A DNA stretch of 61,744 bases, filler included. It is 11 parts of 11 records of this genome, joined end to end, with 100 filler letters (N's around TTAATTAATTAA, not from the genome) between each part and the next. Parts side by side here need not be neighbours in the genome. Positions count along the whole stretch, not along the records: positions 58,357 to 61,744 come from SRR7504441_7484; 10 more parts are not named here. The stretch is one strand, 5' to 3'. The position numbers and the translations under genes are program-made. Positions 58,257-61,744 of the stretch are shown piece by piece (within the stretch, counting starts at the first letter, position 1; each line of letters begins with the position of its first letter). The notes under the pieces are model-generated. The model was given only the letters and a program-made list of their open reading frames with translations, ran no database searches and was not told the origin of the DNA.

Positions 58257-59075
58257 NNNNNNNNNNNNNNNNNNNNNNNNNNNNNNNNNNNNNNNNNNNN
58301 TTAATTAATTAANNNNNNNNNNNNNNNNNNNNNNNNNNNNNNNNNNNNNNNNNNNNGTGGGTCGGCCCACGTTTGACGTACGAGTATGATACGAGGTTGC
58401 ATGGTGTCAACTGGGCGCAGATTCAGTTACATTATAATCGATGCCCACCGCCTTATACTCTCTCGTGCACAATATTCAATCTCATCTCTAAGACGCCATA
58501 GTATATACTGTAGACTATGCATACAATAAAGCACACTGGCACCACTCTGGCCTGGAGGAGTACAGTAGATCTACAGCTATAGCTGCCCATCTGATTATTC
58601 AGAGCAGAGACGATTTGCAAGACATCTGCCTCTTTCGCCGTTACTTGGACGAGATCATTGAAGCGAGGATTGCACAGATAGGCAAGTGCCACGTCTGCCT
58701 CCCAAAGATGTGCCGGCAGCCGCCCTGATCGGACCAGCACGTAGTAAACACGTAGCCGTCGGATACGGGCCGGCCGGCGTCAGCGGAGTACGCAGCGGTA
58801 TGGGATCATACATTAGGTATGGGACGGAGCGGGCAACGACGCGGACATAGTTTATTGACTTTCAGTTTACTTTCAGTTCGAACTGAAGTTGACGATTGTG
58901 AGAAGATTTGGCCATTAGGGTGTTCAAAAAGATAGATCTGTTTGTATAGACTCAGTACATGTATCTTAATTCAATGCTACGGTATAATATAATAGAAGTA
59001 TGTTGATAGTATGTTGGAACTCGTCATGGGACTTGTAGAATGATCTAAATTCTTGTGTGTGACTTGGTGAGCTAA

Positions 59076-60827
59076 TTATGTAGACAGCTTGGGCTGGTCG
59101 GGCTTCTTGAGGCCTCTTTGCGACTCCCGGGTCTGGATCTGGTCGTACCCAGGGAATCCGAGCTCATCGAACGACCTCATTGGCGGCAAGCCTTCTTCCA
59201 TCTTTGAGCACACCCACAGCTGCAGGTTGGTGCATGCTTCATCAAAAGCCGGGCACATGAGAGAGAGCGGGCCCTTGTCCTCGTAGCTCTCCACGCAGCT
59301 CTGCCACTTCTGACCCCACGGGATGGCCGGGAGCAGTCCAGAGTATTCAGAGTCTCGTCGCTTGCATCGAATTTCAAGCATCTCAGCAATCTCTTGCTCG
59401 GTCATCTTGCCTGAAAAGTCCATGTACCGGCGGGCCAGGAGCGGCCACGCCTTGAGCACCACCCAGACAGCGAAGGTGAACACGTCCAGCCCCTGGAAGA
59501 CCGAGGCCTTCTCGACCGCCCACTGCTCACACTGTTTGCGCTGATGATTGGGTAACTCTCTGTAGTACACTCCCACGTGGTGGTGGTGGGCCATGTGGTC
59601 GTCCTCGCCAAAGTAGTCGTCGTAGCTGCCGACCATTGTGGTGCTGGTCACGTTGCCGTTGTGCTTTTGCTCCTTGTCGAACTCAATGAATCCGTGGAAC
59701 CCGTGGTTGATGATCGACAGGAAGAAGGTCATGCACAGGAGCGGCTGCACTATGATCCAGAAATAGAATGACAGGTCAAACAAGTACAGGCAGACCGCCG
59801 GTGCGGCCACCCAGTAGATCAGGCACCCTTTGGCCAGCTTGCGAAAGCAGACTGTGTTGTCCCTCTTGCGAGGTGAGAGCCCAAACTGTATTAAACCACC
59901 AAACCCGGAGCAGTGGACCAGCCCGCGGACCAGGTAGAGCATCAAGTTGGGGATGCAGCAGCGCGGGTAATCCCAGTTGTACAGCGTGTCGCCGCGGCCG
60001 GCGTCCAGCCTGTGGTGGATAGAGATGTGTGTTGTAGTGAAGTTCCAGGGCACCCCCCCGTAGAAGAGCCCAACCCAGTTCTCGAAGAAGTTGCCCACGC
60101 TGTTCTTAATCCACGGCTGGTACAGGTTGAAGTGGCCCTCCTTGTGAGAGATCGAGTAGGCCGCGCCCATACCCCGGCCACCCACTCCGATCCAGGCATA
60201 GTAGTATCCAATCAGCAGCCACCACGGCAGGCTGCCGTACGATACCTGCCAGTAGAAGACCAGCCCGAGGCTGGCGCCGGCGCCTATCAGGAAGAACAGC
60301 TGCGTGGCGAAGAAGTCGGCATGCTGGGGCTTCTCGTAGATGTGCTTGGCGGCCCAGGCCCGGGCGGACGGCGACTTGTCGATCAAGTCGTAGATCGGCC
60401 GGAGGTAGTCGATCAGAACCAGCTTGAACAGGGCTCCCTGGATCACGATCGGCGGCGCCCAGAACACCAGCCAGTTGGCCATGAACAAAAACCCGCCCGC
60501 GAAGGTGGCCCGGGTGCTCAGGCCGGTGTTCAGCGGCTGGAACAGCAGCGAGAGCAGCCCGCCCACCGCCAGCAGGCCGAGCACCGGCGTGGGAACCACC
60601 TCGGCCAGGCCCGCGAGCCCGCTCTTGGCCAGCTCGCCCCCCCGGGTGAGGTTGAGGCTGGTGCCGATCAGCGCGACCGACAGGACAGCCAGCACCAGCG
60701 CGCCGGCCACCGCGGCCTTGAGGAAGACGTGCTTGCACGAGCCGTCGGTCGAGAGCAGCTTGGCCTGCTGCGCAAAGAAGCGCAGCGCCGACCCGCGCGG
60801 CGGAACGACCGCCGTCTGCTTACACAT
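59076..60827 (-). CDS. Membrane fatty-acid-desaturase-like protein
   Basis: Three His boxes (HKEGH, HISIHH, HMAHHHH) with intervening transmembrane helices. Intronless, 583 aa. Confidence 0.88.
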   Translation of the reverse strand: MCKQTAVVPPRGSALRFFAQQAKLLSTDGSCKHVFLKAAVAGALVLAVLSVALIGTSLNLTRGGELAKSGLAGLAEVVPTPVLGLLAVGGLLSLLFQPLNTGLSTRATFAGGFLFMANWLVFWAPPIVIQGALFKLVLIDYLRPIYDLIDKSPSARAWAAKHIYEKPQHADFFATQLFFLIGAGASLGLVFYWQVSYGSLPWWLLIGYYYAWIGVGGRGMGAAYSISHKEGHFNLYQPWIKNSVGNFFENWVGLFYGGVPWNFTTTHISIHHRLDAGRGDTLYNWDYPRCCIPNLMLYLVRGLVHCSGFGGLIQFGLSPRKRDNTVCFRKLAKGCLIYWVAAPAVCLYLFDLSFYFWIIVQPLLCMTFFLSIINHGFHGFIEFDKEQKHNGNVTSTTMVGSYDDYFGEDDHMAHHHHVGVYYRELPNHQRKQCEQWAVEKASVFQGLDVFTFAVWVVLKAWPLLARRYMDFSGKMTEQEIAEMLEIRCKRRDSEYSGLLPAIPWGQKWQSCVESYEDKGPLSLMCPAFDEACTNLQLWVCSKMEEGLPPMRSFDELGFPGYDQIQTRESQRGLKKPDQPKLST

Positions 60828-61635
60828 GGGCGATGAGGTGCGGACGCCCAGGTCTTCGCTGTTGCGAGCGCCCGTCTTTTCGATAAGTTTGAAGCGAGTC
60901 AGTCAGCACTCCAAGTCGCACATGCACGAGAGCACTGGTGCTCGCCACCATGTTAACCATGGTCCGCTAATGGCCAGCTTTCGGGGCACCCACACCACCG
61001 AGAGCACTGCGCGCTGCGGCGCACGTGCTCCGCCGCCATCAGGGTCTTGTGTAACATCTTGCAAGCCGATCCTGGTGCTGGCGTACATAAACTGGTAAAC
61101 TGGCACGAACTGGCGAACTCACTAGCTGCTGACGATGGATCAAATTGAAGATAAATATGAGAACGAAGTGCTCCACGGATGCATACCGTTGGTAGTCAAC
61201 GGCTTAAGCCAGTTGTTCGGGTTGGCGCACACGGTGCTGTTCAATGCCCAGCTGCTCTTGGTTTATTAAACCTATCGCTTAAGCTTATAAACCGAGCGAA
61301 GAGAGTGAGCTGTTCGAGTATTAAACCCGGGACAAGCATTGGACAAGCGAAAGCGAGTGCCTCTAAGTACTCCTCGGACGCTCTAGATTGACTGAGGTTT
61401 GCGTCGCTACTCAGAGCATTTCAAGATCTAGAACATGAATGCATTCTCAACATTTCCGGGCTAGCTACAATAAAGTTTATAATGATCTTGTGGAAAGTTC
61501 TGCCTTACTGAACTGAATAAGTCCCCGACTAATACCGTACATCGGCCAGCATCTACTGAACAAGTAGACTCGCGCCCACGGCCAGAAGGTTCTTATGTTA
61601 GCAGAACTACGAGCAGAATTCGTTGAATACGCGGC

Positions 61636-61744
61636 CTAGTTTAGGTTGAGCTGGAGCAGGTCTGATTCGAACTTGATTGGCGCCTTGTCCTTGCCGCACT
61701 GCATCTGCATCGTCTCAGCCATCACCTGTGCGAACTCCCTGTAG
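61636..61744 (-). CDS. 3' end of a gene, possibly ending in an EF-hand helix
   Basis: Frame reads YREFAQVMAETMQMQCGKDKAPIKFESDLLQLNLN*; YxEF..M resembles an EF-hand exit helix. Cut by the window edge. Confidence 0.45.
   Translation of the reverse strand, partial: YREFAQVMAETMQMQCGKDKAPIKFESDLLQLNLN

Noticed and set aside
4887-58356. Repeated TTAATTAATTAA within N runs, resembling a repeat array
   Set aside because: It is an artificial contig-joining spacer. It is not a CRISPR or biological repeat, and gene neighbourhoods across it carry no information.
58453-58887. Short minus-strand ORF 58453-58740 and a 16-nt palindrome TTCAGTTCGAACTGAA at 58872-58887
   Set aside because: The ORF has no ATG or recognisable motif, and an isolated palindrome supports no call.
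61135-61510. Broken plus-strand coding-like frames upstream of the desaturase
   Set aside because: No consistent splice model or homology is recognisable, so I cannot distinguish a pseudogene from intergenic DNA.

Overview
This window is eukaryotic, not prokaryotic. It holds 11 short contigs joined by artificial 100-nt N/TTAATTAATTAA/N spacers, so adjacency across spacers has no meaning. The source looks like a compact-genome, probably flagellated protist: it has a CEP72 homologue, about 38-49 nt spliceosomal introns with frequent GC donors, and head-to-head gene pairs whose start codons lie only 18-106 bp apart. Most ORF-track fragments join into longer genes once introns are removed by hand. 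Recognisable genes are CEP72, MePCE/Bin3, an SLC25A44-like carrier, a hormone-sensitive-lipase-like enzyme, a class 3 aldehyde dehydrogenase, an S28 prolylcarboxypeptidase, a DUF5054 hydrolase, a fatty-acid-desaturase-like protein, and CRAL-TRIO, EF-hand, WW and Nudix-RRM proteins. The most unusual items are: (1) a CCCH zinc finger-eIF4E-MIF4G fusion, in effect a one-chain eIF4F-like factor; (2) a 1359-aa armadillo-repeat protein fused to a prenylatable Rab32-like GTPase with a natural Q-to-L change in switch II; (3) a bacterial-type single-chain acyl-CoA carboxylase carrying a PTS2 peroxisomal signal; (4) two large, apparently extracellular proteins with internal repeats I do not recognise. 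All gene models are manual and no database searches were run.
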